A DNA stretch of 63,140 bases, counting the filler, from Reticulomyxa filosa (taxonomy: Eukaryota > Protista > Foraminifera): assembly GCA_000512085.1 (NCBI GenBank). It is 20 parts of 20 records of this genome, joined end to end, with 100 filler letters (N's around TTAATTAATTAA, not from the genome) between each part and the next. Parts side by side here need not be neighbours in the genome. Positions count along the whole stretch, not along the records: positions 1 to 3,165 come from ASPP01004579.1; positions 3,266 to 5,878 come from ASPP01021290.1; positions 5,979 to 11,677 come from ASPP01024092.1; positions 11,778 to 16,749 come from ASPP01024450.1; 16 more parts are not named here. One strand, written 5' to 3'. The notes beneath the pieces are model-generated. The model was not told the origin of the DNA. It worked only from the letters and a program-made list of their open reading frames with translations, and did not search any database. The translations under genes were made by a program, and so were the position numbers. How positions within the stretch are numbered: the stretch's first letter is position 1; each line of letters starts with the position of its first letter. Of the stretch, positions 1 through 11,879 are shown in pieces.

Positions 1-1629
1 TAGAAACTAAAAAGTATATTTGAGTAGTCCAAGTGTTTCTCTTTACACAATGTTACTTAGTTGAATTATGTGATGTTTTGTTTTGTATTACTGTAATGAG
101 CAATATTGAATGATACTGAAACTAATATATATATTAATTATTATAATATGATATAACTTGAAAGAAATTATAGTAGAACTAATGCAATGAAGGATATAGT
201 AATAGTAATTGGTAAGTTTGCAAATGTGATGTTGAAATGCATATTTTTTTGCAAATATATATGATACAACCGTATTCTGCTGTCGCTATGATGCTGGCTA
301 GCACTGAACTATTACTGCGACTGCAAGTTACTTTTTTTACTATAATATTTGATATTGTTTTAGCTGCCCTAATTTCATTGAAAATTATGATTATATCGAA
401 TGTAAGCTCATGTAAAAAAGCTCTTGATAATTTTATATATTGGAACATTTTTTGGATAGTCAACAATCAAACAAAGAATAAATGTCGCGAATAATTGTAA
501 GTGAAAAATGCTATAAATGAGCATTGTTTAAAACAAAGCTTAATGCTACATGAAAGCATACAAGATCTTGAATGCAAATATCGAACGAGTTGCTAGCATA
601 TGGACAGCTATTGATTGTCAATTTATATTATCCATTCATTAATTTATTTGGCCAATCAATAACGACAAATTGAACTTGCAAACACAACAGTTTAATGCCA
701 TTTTCGAGTGGCAAGCACAAATTTACATTTTTGAATTGAAATGCTTCAATCATCGTGTGGAATGTACCAAAATAATTGCACAGTCTTGCTTCAACATTGC
801 CCAATTTGCGCAGTAATCACATATGATATAAAAGAATATTTAAAAAATAATAATTCATCGTCAAATTAGTATATATGGATATTATATATGTATAATTTGA
901 CAAAAAAAAATAGATAAAATAAATTGAAGTTGATAATCATGGAAATGCTATTGAGAACGAGAATTTGAATATTGGAATATTTTTTAAGTATTTCTTTGAT
1001 GAAAAAAGAATATAATAAAACAAGTCGCGTTTTTTTCTATGCATGAAGAATATTTTCCACAGCAACTCCCTTTTTTTTTTTACTAGTTTGATATTTTGGA
1101 AAAACTTCTTTGAAGAGTAAATGTCAGTGTTAGATTTGATCCACGAATTGCTAAAAAAAGAAAACTATATCGTTTATTTGGCCCCTTTTTACTTTTTTTC
1201 CTTTTCTTTTTAATAATATTCACCATGTTAATATCTCCATAATTATGGCAAACATATGTGCTTGGTTTCATTCAACAACTACAACAAAGCACATACAGCA
1301 TTTCAAAAAAATTTGCCTTATAAAAATATTTTCTTTTTGAACGACGCTTCATCTTGTTCTGTCTTATTACTACCACCACCGTGTTCTCTTTGCCATTTTC
1401 TTCTTCTTCAATAATACGGTTAATTTCCTTTTGGTTCAATTTTTTAATCGGTGTTCAACCTTTGCACATCCCAAACACATCAAAGTTTATTTCTATAAAT
1501 AGTTTTTTTTTTTAAGGAAAATGACATGTACAACTGTCTATTAGAAAGAAAGAAAAAATACCAATGTACTTCGCGCCCTTAATGGAGCCATTTCATATGC
1601 ATTATTACACCATCGCCGCCATTCAACCC

Positions 1630-2590
1630 AATTACATGCACAACAATAATAACAAAAATGGAGGATATAAACCTTTGATCAATCCATTAGTTTGCCAGCG
1701 ATGTTTTAGCAAAGAAAACATAGATCGATGATTCAAATCCAAGTGTAATTGTTATTGTGTTTTAACAGTATCAAAAGGATAAATAGTCAACCAAAAAACA
1801 ACACCAGCCAAACCCCCACTGATGATAGTGTGGAAGAGTTCTTGACAAGTGGAAGAATTTGGAATATTCTTTTTTGCAAGATTATTAAGGTACTGCAAAG
1901 AAAAGATACAAGCGCCATGAACTTCACATAACAATATCGGAGTTAGTCCGTTAAACAATCGCCAAGGGTGGATCTGTACAATGTGTCGAAAGAAATGCCA
2001 CGTGTTACAAAACATTTGCATGAATCCCAAAGGGGGGTGGTTCCTGACTGCAGCTTTCACGTTCATGTTGTTTTGGATTTGCATTTGACATTTCACATAT
2101 TCAATCGGTGTCAGCCATAGACCAACGCCAATGCCACTAAAGCCACCGCACAAACCGACTTGCATCATTGATAACTCTTTCTGGTGCTTCCTGTAATGCT
2201 CAAGTCGTCTTTCGGACATCCCATACGACCAAAACAATATCAAATTCTCTATACAACTCTCAAATAATGGTGCTGATGGTTCGTAGTATGATCGAAAAAA
2301 TCCTTTTTTATTTACTATCTTCCTTTTTTTTTATTGTTGTTTTGTTGTTATTGTCCGTTTGGGAAAACAGTCTATTAAAAAGCATTGTTTAAAAAACAAT
2401 TTTTTTTTAATTGACAACACCTCATGTGTTGGATCATAGAGAGTAATGGTAAAACACTTTCGCCGTGTCAAGGAGATATTCTATCACGTTCATTACAAAT
2501 CTAGCCAACATGCCTGAAAGTATATCTTTGATCTCTTCCTTTCACTCTTTGGTGGGAAGTGATGAAACTAATTACAGAAGGCGCTAACAT
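1630..2590 (-). pseudogene. Mitochondrial carrier (SLC25; ornithine/amino-acid carrier-like), degraded
   Basis: Three carrier signature repeats Px[DE]xxK: EYLLDTAKV (Pro lost, ~2460-2490), TPIEYVKCQMQ and YPFDTVKTQ. APLFESCIENLILFWSYG resembles ORT1/SLC25A15 helix 2. An in-frame TAA at 1752-1754 interrupts repeat 3, and homology continues (QLHL...GLIKGLYP). Boundaries approximate. Confidence 0.75.
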
Positions 2591-3112
2591 TTAACTAATT
2601 TTTTTTTTGTAACAAAACGATTCGTGTCTCTTTTGACCTTTTTTCTTGCACACTGATCATACAACAAAAACGAAATTTTCAGTTGTTGTAATATCAATTT
2701 CTTTTATTATTTTTATGGACGTGTCTCTTTTTTTGTCAAAACATGGTAGTTGATTCAACATTGAGGATTGATAGAAAGAAATTGTTTATTGTCATGAGCT
2801 GTTATTCGAAAAAAGAGGGAAAAAAAATCATGTCAAGCGATGAAATGAGATGATAAAATTGTGCGAAATATGAAGTGCAAGTATAAGTGTTATTTCAGAA
2901 AAAGCAAATCAGCTTTTTTTTCGGATTATTAGCAATTCAAAGGAAATAAACAAAGAAAATTTTGAAATAATGTTAAACTCAACGATTTCCGTTTTTGTTT
3001 GTTCCTACTTCTATTTTTACCAATTTTAATCTCACTTCTGCATTTGCTTTTGCTTTCCATCATAATCTGCAGCAGCAAACACATTAACTGGAAGTAACAA
3101 TCAAAGTAACGA

Positions 3113-3165
3113 ACATTTAAGAGTTCCCAAAGTCAGAAAGGTTAGAGGAGTCAAGCGTTGCAGAA
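3113..3165 (+). repeat. Interspersed repeat copy A (53 bp, runs into contig end)
   Basis: ACATTTAAGAGT-tcc-CAAAGTCAGAAAGGTTAGAGGAGTCAAGCGTTGCAGAA matches 4488-4540 at 50 of 53 positions. Confidence 0.9.
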
Positions 3166-3265
3166 NNNNNNNNNNNNNNNNNNNNNNNNNNNNNNNNNNN
3201 NNNNNNNNNTTAATTAATTAANNNNNNNNNNNNNNNNNNNNNNNNNNNNNNNNNNNNNNNNNNNN
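3166..3265. other. Artificial contig-joining linker (N44-TTAATTAATTAA-N44); first of 19
   Basis: Identical 100-nt spacer at 3166-3265, 5879-5978, 11678-11777, 16750-16849, 21918-22017, 26826-26925, 30176-30275, 32047-32146, 33784-33883, 35227-35326, 36493-36592, 41944-42043, 45237-45336, 48904-49003, 50758-50857, 52980-53079, 55219-55318, 56926-57025, 59393-59492. TTAATTAATTAA puts stops in all six frames, and genes are truncated at these points. Confidence 0.98.
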
Positions 3266-3316
3266 CGTCACCAGTCACAAGTTTTATCCCAATAAACAAT
3301 AATAAAAAAAATCACA

Positions 3317-4450
3317 TTAAAATTTTAATAGAATTTTTTTGTAGGTACTTCTGAGATTGAACAAAACTCTTGCTCCATAACATAAATAGTTAACATTTAT
3401 ATTTTGATTGGTACTATTCCCTTTTTTCAATAGTAAATATTTAATACAAAATAACCCAGCATCTCCTTTGTTGCCTTTGAGTATATCTAATTGTTTATTC
3501 AATCGAACATCCCAAAAACGAACTATATTGTCTAATAATCCAGAGCATATTATATGTCCATTACCAATTGGTAAATTTCAACACAGGTTACAATATTTGT
3601 GTGATCATCAAATACGTTAATTTGTTTAGCAGATCTAACATCCCATAAACGAACACTTTGATCAATTGACCCAGACAAAATTATATTTGTACCATTACTA
3701 AGTACTAATTCAGGTGATACATATTTTACGCTGAGAATTGGATATTCATGTCCTTGTCTTTTGAACCAGAGCAAATTTTATATGAATCACCACCACTGGT
3801 ATAATTTTTCAATGATGAAAAATCCACACATATCCCAAAAACAAATGGTTTTGTCCAATGATGTAGAACAAATGACAGTACGACGATCCTCAAAACGATG
3901 ATAAGGTGAAAATTTCACACAAGTTACACTATTTGAATGTCCATGTAATTCTCCAATTTTTTCTTTGGTGTCTATATTCCATATATAAACTGTACTATCT
4001 TCTGATCCGAGCAAAGTAATTGATAGTCTTTGGTTATTGCACAGTCAATACTAGTCACAGAATCTCCAAACCCAATGAAACTTTTTGACAATTTAAAGTT
4101 ACAATTACCTTTTTGATCATTTGCACAATTTTTTTCATCCAAAGGCCCTTCTTTAGTTTCAATTTAACAATATAGTTTTTAATTAATTCTAAATGCTTGT
4201 CTATTTCTAATTTGTAATATTCTTTGTAATTAAACCTGGTAACAATATCCACGCATCCCTATTTCTTAAATTCACATTCCATTAATTTAAACGTAATTCT
4301 TCCAAATGTTTTTTTATTACACCAATTTTTTCTTCAAATCCACAACATATACTGAAAATATTTACATTATTTGCCATTTGATTTAATTGAATTATAAATT
4401 TTCCAGGGCACCCAATTGTTAAATTTTAATTAATGTTCGTTCCAAAATGC
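3317..4450 (-). pseudogene. WD40-repeat protein with upstream TRAF-type Zn-finger/coiled-coil remnant, multiply frameshifted
   Basis: WD40 pieces in different frames (LHGHSNSVTCVKFSPY...ICSTSLDKTICFWD; ILSGSIDQSVRLWDVRS; KGNKGDAGLFCIKY) paralogous to the genes at 27641 and 61918. TRAF-like remnant upstream is weakly supported. Confidence 0.75.
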
Positions 4451-4487
4451 ATTCAAGTTTATCTTAACAAGTTTGAAAAGAAGCAAT

Positions 4488-4540
4488 ACATTTAAGAGTG
4501 ATCAAAGTCAGAAAGGTTAGAGGAGTCAAGCGTTGCAGAA
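4488..4540 (+). repeat. Interspersed repeat copy B, adjacent to foldback element
   Basis: 50/53 identical to 3113-3165 on a different contig. Confidence 0.9.
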
Positions 4541-4560
4541 AGTCCAGCACTTGTCGAACG

Positions 4561-4717
4561 CACCAAATCCAAAAATCACGAACAAATAAAAGGAAAAAAA
4601 AAAAGTTAAACTATGGACCATGCGGCACTTCGTGTTCACTTCGTGCCGCCTGGCTCGTATTTTTACTTTTTTTTTTTCCTTTTATTTGTTCGTGATTTTT
4701 GGATTTTAAATTTGGTG
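4561..4717. repeat. Palindromic foldback element 1 (MITE/REPIN-like)
   Basis: Perfect 42-bp inverted arms 4565-4606 and 4665-4706. Central GC hairpin GCGGCAC(4622-4628)...GTGCCGC(4643-4649) contains two CACTTCGTG units. Outer CACCAAAT/ATTTGGTG pair. Confidence 0.85.
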
Positions 4718-6107
4718 ATTGGTCATAAAACTCATTGTGTTATTTAAGTTTATATAAAACATCATAATCTGTTTTGATTAGATTGAATAATCGATCGATG
4801 AAAATAATTCCTTTAAATGTACTTCATCCAAAGAATAAATGTGATTTGATACACTTATATTTAGTTGCATATTTTCGATGGAATGGTTTAAATTTTAATC
4901 AAAATAAAAAATAGTTAAAAGTATGTGTTAATAATGTAACCAACTTTGGGACAGTGATTGCAAAGAAAAGATGAAACATTTATATTGTTGTGATAATAAT
5001 AAATCATGTCTTTTTTCTTGTGATAGAAATGTATTACCGATTGTGAGCATTGACCATGTCATCCAATTTAAAAAAATGTACAATGCGTGTGGATGATCCG
5101 CACTACTACAATCACTACTACCACAGTCATGTCCATTCACGCCAGATGAAGCAGGCAATTGAAACGGTATGTTTGTTGCAAATTATTATGTCAGTCTTTT
5201 TTTTTCTTTTTTTATTTGCTGGACATAATTGTTATGTTACTTTTTTTTTGCAACAATTTTATTTTCAAATGTTTTTCGTAATCAAAAGATAAATTATTGG
5301 AAGAATTTTTCATTTTTGTAATTTAAAAAAATATCAACTTTTTCGTTAATGTAATTTACTTATGTTTTTTTTTAAGGAGTTTGCCATTAGCCTTTTTTTA
5401 AAAAAGAAAATAAAAACGGCTAATTCAACCTTTGAAAATTGAAAAGATCCCTCATTACATTTAATCAGACTCAAAGTATTTTATACCAAAACAAAATTCT
5501 TCTTTGTGGATACTAAGACAAAAGAGATTGTTATTCTTATCATACAATCAAAAATGAATACAAGTTAATATATTATTATCCAAACAATATTAATTTATTT
5601 AGACACTGTATTGAAATGGGAGAAAGTAAAGATATAATAACTTTATTATCATTTGAATCTTACAATAATGAAAATTTTACATTAGTTATGTCTTATTTAA
5701 GTGTTTGGGATAATGTTGATGAAAATTGCAATGGAAATGCAAATAGTGATAAGAATAAAGGTTGTATTTAAAAAATAAAGACAGTAATAAAGTCAAATTT
5801 ATTGATAATGATTCTAATTTAATGTGTACAAGATGATTAATTGGTGGAAAAAATAAAAATTTATTATTTATTACTTATNNNNNNNNNNNNNNNNNNNNNN
5901 NNNNNNNNNNNNNNNNNNNNNNTTAATTAATTAANNNNNNNNNNNNNNNNNNNNNNNNNNNNNNNNNNNNNNNNNNNNTCTCCTCCCTTGCATAAATTGA
6001 ACCACAAACACAAAAACGCATGGTTAGGGGGGGGGGGGAGGATGGGTTATGAATTGATTTATTATAATTCACCTTTTTTTTTTTTTTTTTTTGAAAAAAA
6101 AAAAAAG

Positions 6108-7957
6108 AACGGAGCTATTCATTGGCATATAACCGGAGAGCCGACGGAAGGAGCATTGAAAGTGTTAGCGGAGAAGATGTGTTTGCCAGACGTGAAAGAA
6201 ACGGAGCGCCTGCAGCGCGAGCGCGATCGGACCCGCAGCTACCAAGCGGTGGACACGTATTGGCAGGGGTCGATGCGACGCGAGCGGGTGTTTGAGTTTA
6301 CGCGCGACCGCAGAAGCATGAGTGTGTTTGTGCGTCACACGACGAGCAACGAAGGATGGCTATTGGTAAAAGGGGCTCCCGAGTCGTTGTTGGATCGGTC
6401 GACGCATATCTTGGTGAGCAGCACAGACTCGGCCGTGGAGATGACAGAAGTGCATAAGGCCGAGATAACGCGCGTGTATCACGACTTTGCGAGCGAAGGA
6501 TTGCGATGTCTGGGCGTGGCCTTCAAGTCATACAACACTGACAACGAAGATGATGAACAGAAAGTATTGGACTTGGACACAGAAGATTATAGCGAAATGG
6601 AAACGAAGCTGACATTTGTGGGCGTGATTGGCATGTTGGACCCTCCGCGACCGCAGGTGAAAGAGGCCATTCGTGTATGCCACGAGGCCGGTATTCGTGT
6701 GATCGTCGTAACGGGCGACAACAAGAAGACAGCCGAGGCCATCTGTCGTGACATTGGTCTGTTCGAACGCAACGAGAACTTGGTCGGCAAGTCGTATACG
6801 GGCGCGGATCTGACGTCGCTATCCGAAGTGCAACAAAACGAGGCGATCCAAACGGCGTCGCTGTTTTCGCGCGTTATGCCTAAACACAAACAACAGCTGG
6901 TGGACTTGTTGCAAAAGCACAAAGAAGTGGTGGCCATGACTGGCGACGGCGTGAATGACGCACCGGCGTTGAAAAAGGCAGACATTGGCATTGGCATGGG
7001 GAGTGGCACTGAGGTGGCCAAACATGCCGCTGATATGATTCTGTCCGATGACAACTTTGCCACCATTGTCAGTGCCGTCGAGGAAGGGAGAGCGATCTAC
7101 GCCAACACCAAACAGTTCATTCGCTATCTCATATCTTCCAACATTGGCGAAGTCGTGTGCATCTTTCTCACGGCCGCCTTGGGCTTTCCCGAGGCTCTCA
7201 TCCCCGTTCAACTGCTCTGGGTCAATCTCGTCACTGATGGCCTTCCCGCCACCGCGCTCAGCTTCAACAAGCCCGATCAAGACATTATGACCATCCCGCC
7301 ACGGGGCAGGACCGAAAAGATCATCAACGGCTGGACCTTCTTTCGCTATCTGCTCATTGGCTCTTATGTTGGCATCGCCACCATCGCCGGCTTCTATTGG
7401 TGGTTTTGCTGGTATTCCAATGGACCTTTGCTCACCTTTGGCCAATTGACACACTTTTATGCATGCAATCAAACTACAGATACCTCCAAATTATAGTTAT
7501 TTTTTATTTTTTGTTTTGTTTTGTTTTCGAACATTCTTTTTTATTTTTTTTCTCCCCACCCTTCCTTCTTCCTCAATAGTTTTTCCAACTGGCAAGGCAA
7601 TTGCAATGTGTTTCACGATTTTCGACCTTGCACGGTTTCACTGTCAATCTTGGTGACCATCGAAATGTTCAACACGTTCAATGCGCTGTCTGAAAACCAG
7701 TCCCTGCTGACCAACCCGCCGTGGTCGAACATGTACGTGGTATTCGCCGTGACGCTGTCGATGGCCCTTCACATGATGATCTTGTATGTCCCTACGTTCC
7801 AAACCATGTTCAGCACCACTCCGCTGAACACAGACGAATGGTGGGCCGTGGTTCTCATTTCATTTCCTGTCGTTCTCTTGGATGAGCTGCTCAAATTGAT
7901 TTCGCGTTTTGACAACGGTTTGTTTCGTATTTTCATATATACATATATACATATATA

Positions 7958-8018
<61 letters not shown>

Positions 8019-8524
8019 GCATATATATCATTCATTCATCCACTTATCCCACTCACTCACAAATATGTATTCTCTCTTTGGATGGGAATGGATGGTAGTT
8101 AGTAAGCATGAAAAAGAGAAATAAAGGAAACGCATCGCCATCGTACCACGGAATGGCAAGTGCGAATCATGTCAGTTCATCGTATCCTTTTGGATATGAT
8201 GTAGAAGCAGCTTCGTTTATCCAACAAAAAGTCAGTCCGCACAAATACTGTCACCCAGTCATAGTCGTCACTGCGCCAGTCAGACGCGTTTGCAAACGAC
8301 TGTACCGAAAATACATTTCCAAAGGTCCTTTGAAACACTCCTTTCTCAGCTCTTCTTCAGAGCCTTCATTGATGTCACCTGTCGATACCACCGATGGACA
8401 TTCACAGAGAGATAATATTGCTGAAGATGATTCCACTTTGCCGTCGCAAAAAGGACAAGGACCGTTTTGGAGTTCAAGTTGGGCCACTTTAGTACGGTCA
8501 AAGAAGACCAACGAAAAGGACTGA
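6108..8524 (+). CDS. ATP2A: SERCA-type P2A Ca2+-ATPase, 5'-truncated, multi-exon
   Basis: Motifs [91 protein letters not shown]. Frame-restoring GT-AG intron 7496-7579. A predicted phase-1 intron 7918-8102 joins the 8108-8524 ORF as the C-terminal tail (less certain). Confidence 0.93.
7959..8018 (+). repeat. (ATATGT)10 intronic microsatellite
   Basis: Ten perfect hexamer copies read directly. Confidence 0.95.
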
Positions 8525-9124
8525 GCATTCATTTCATTTTTGTGATAGTTTTTTTTGTTGGATTTTTTTTGGAGGGAAATGTTTTTGTTTCGTTTTAATT
8601 TATGAAAACAAGTTTATTCCGTCAACTTTTTCAAACTAGAAAAATAATCTCTTTTTGAAACAACTGAACATTTTACTTTTATCCAAATTATCCATTTTTG
8701 AGCTTTTTTTTCAGTTTTTCAATTTAAAACATGCTTATTTGATTAATTGAATAGAACACACAAGCCAAGAAAAGTCCTGTGCTAGAAAACGGTTCTTCAA
8801 ATCGGATCGATTCATATCAATGCCAACACAACAGCACGCCCATGAAATGTTGAAGGTTTAATGCTTAAAATAATACTATAAAATACACTTTTCAAGAAAT
8901 TACTTATATTTTCACAAGACCTCTCCGTTTAATGTAGGATTGAATTTATATTAGCCATGGGATATTTATTGATGATTTGAGATCTTTAAAACATTTAAGT
9001 GACGGAAACGTGTAAACACAACAGTGAGCTCACCTGCCGTAACTTTTTTTCCTCAGATACTTCCTCTCGCAATAACAAAGTTAGCAGTCAGTTATATTTT
9101 AGCATACTTGCTGGATTTTGGAAA

Positions 9125-11640
9125 ATGATCGGTTTAAAATCAGCAATGAGTTGAGTAGTTTGATGATGACAAATAATATACGGCGAACGCACCGAATAAC
9201 TTGAAATAAACACAGAAACCGCAGCAGGGGGGATCGATGCAAACCAAGTATTGAATAACGTGCCTTTGTTATCAAATTTGAATAAAGCCCAAAGAAAAAT
9301 ATTAGCGGAAAATTTAGTGAAGCAACAATTTAAAACGGGTCAAACAATAATGAAAGAGGGTGAACCGGGGGATTTTTTTATTATCATTGTCCAGGTGCGT
9401 GTCAAAATTCGGGGTTTAATGTTCCATATGCAGGAGGAAGGTCAAAAAAAAAAATAAAATAAACATACAAATAAAAAAAGGGAAAAGTTGAAGTGAAGAG
9501 TAAACAAGCCGGACATTTGGCATTTCTAAGCAATGGAGACTACGCAGGTGAGCAAGCATTATTGAGGTCAGCGCCTCGCAATGCGACATTGAAAGCAGTA
9601 GAACCGACAACATGCCTAGTTTGTAATAAGAGAACATTCGACAAAGCATTGATATCTGTGACCTTTGCAAAAAGAGAAGGAAAAAGAAAGGCCTTTTATA
9701 CGCCGATAGCCGAAGAAAAAACAGTTTTGTAGTAGTGAAGAGGTTTAGAAAGGGGGGGGCACCAAAAAAAAAAAAAAATTGTACATGAAAATTTAATCAT
9801 TGACCCCTTTTGTTTTGGGCTGTAAAATAAGCATGATATATATATGTATATGTATATATGATGGTGCATGTAGAATAGCGAAGGGACCCAAAAAGATAAA
9901 AAAATAGTGAATTGGATATTGGAATGCGTGAACGACAACCTGTTGTTTTTGAAACTGGACCGACAACAAAGAGAACGTGTCGTTCAGAGAATGCGCTTGG
10001 TGAAGGTTCCAAAAGGGTGTAGCATCATTAAGCAAGGGGATGTCAATGCCACTACTTTTTACGTGTGCGAATCGGGTTCATTTGACATTATCGTGGACAA
10101 GGTCAAAGTTGGGCAGTACAAACGAGGCGGGTGTTTTGGAGAATTGGCTTTGTTATACGACTCGCCCAGAGCTGCGACAATCTTAGCCACGTCCAACTCG
10201 GAGGTGTGGGAAGTCAGCAGAAACGCTTTCCGTTATGAAGTGGCGGAAACATACAAGCAAAAGAATGTTGATGTTATTCATTTCTTAAAAAAAGTGGAGT
10301 TGTTCAGTTAAGATTTTTTTTTTTTCTTTTGGTTTTATTTTTATTTTTTTTTTAATATTGGATTTGCTCACAAAGATGATAAATAAATAAATAATAAAAA
10401 AGAACCTTTACTTAACAACGAGTTAGCACTAATTGCAGACGCATTGATAGAAATAGCTTTCGATAGTGGAGATGTAATAATCAAAGAAGGAGACAAAGGA
10501 GATCGATTTTATGTGATTCGAAAAGGTACTTGCGAATGGAGTAAGTCGAACGGGGAAAAAGGACCGCTGGAAGAGGGAATGTTTTTTGGCGAGAGAGCCT
10601 TGCGAACCAAAGAAAGACGAGCTGCAACTGTTACTGCTACATGTTGAGTCCTATGTATTCATTTTCTCCACATCGACTTGTGCATAGCTTCGCTTCTGCT
10701 GTACAAAAAAAAAAAAATTCATATACATTTACACACGCACAACAATGAACATACTGATTAATATCACATTCTACCTCTACCCAAATCAAAGTGTTCATGA
10801 ACGCACTACTTTGTACTATACATTGATATAGTGCAGTATATATACATCATGTGTACATGAGAACAAGAATAAATAACAATATATGCATATACATATATAA
10901 TATGTATATATACTTGTATAAGTGTATAATGTGCAAACAATAAAACAAATAAAAAAATGCAATAATATACAAACAAAAATGTGCGAAGCGAAACTGCTAC
11001 TGTTGGCAATGACCGCGAAAGATTTTGAGGCGTTGCTTGGCCCAGTGATCGAAGTAATTGACGGTCGAATTAAACACTACAAACGAATGACAGAGGCCTT
11101 TGAAAAAGAGCAGAAGGAAGCGCATCTGATAAAGATATTGCGAGGCAAGTCAGCAACCGGGAACGCAGAGGGAGAAGCAGAAGCAGACGTAGACGCGCTG
11201 GAGAATGTAGATGAGAATGAAAATGAATCTGAGGGCAGTGTATTTCGTTTGGAGAATGAAGAGGATGAAATAGATGTAGCATTGCGAAGAGACAAAGTGT
11301 GCGGACTGAACGAGTTAGTGACCATTGGGGTACTAGGAAAAGGGGCCTTTGGTTTGGTCTCGCTCGTCGAAGATCCGTACACAAAGAAAACGTACGCGTT
11401 AAAGGCGATCAAAAAATGTCAAGTCGTCGACCTGAAACAACAAGCCCATATCATTTCGGAAAAGCGTGTAATGGAAAAAATGTTCAATCGATTCTTGGTC
11501 AACTTGCATTGCACTTACAAAGATAAGTTACGAATCTACTTTTTGCTGGACGCGTGTTTGGGAGGAGAACTCTTTACTATTCTGAGACGAAAGCGTTATT
11601 TTGATGAAATTACCGCCAAATTTTATACTGCATGCGTTGG
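9125..11640 (+). CDS. cGMP-dependent protein kinase-like (three cNMP-binding domains + AGC kinase N-lobe), 3'-truncated, multi-exon
   Basis: CNB motifs EGEPGDFFIII/GEQALLRSAPRNAT, FGELALLYDSPRAAT and EGDKGDRFYVI/FFGERALRTKERRAAT. Kinase LGKGAFGLV, YALKAIKK, HIISEKRVM, YFLLDACLGGELFTILR are PKG-typical. Intron 10307-10402 restores frame. Start at 9125 is tentative. Confidence 0.88.
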
Positions 11641-11879
11641 TATTGTTGTGTTTTATTATCATTATCATTATCATTATNNNNNNNNNNNNNNNNNNNNNNN
11701 NNNNNNNNNNNNNNNNNNNNNTTAATTAATTAANNNNNNNNNNNNNNNNNNNNNNNNNNNNNNNNNNNNNNNNNNNNATACATATATATGTATATATGTA
11801 TATATATATGCATATGTGACAAATGGTATGCAAAGGTACAATGAACAGTATGAAAAATGGAAAAAAGAAGTCATCCATG

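Noticed and set aside
1752-1754. Alternative genetic code or stop readthrough suggested by in-frame stops (carrier TAA, CPV*PH TAA, tubulin TGA)
   Set aside because: The stops replace different amino acids and co-occur with frameshifts and lost motifs. Long conserved ORFs (dynein, SERCA, Hsp70) have no internal stops and use standard terminators. Pseudogenisation or sequencing error explains them.
3210-3221. Recurrent TTAATTAATTAA palindrome as a biological repeat or CRISPR-like array
   Set aside because: Always centred in exactly 44+44 N; it is a synthetic six-frame-stop linker.
6587-7472. Minus-strand ORFs opposite SERCA (also opposite dynein and the kinesin-like gene)
   Set aside because: Antisense shadows with no recognisable motifs.
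7769-8124. ORFs with HIHIHI, YVYVYV or CICICI runs resembling metal-binding repeats
   Set aside because: Translations of the intronic (ATATGT)10 microsatellite.
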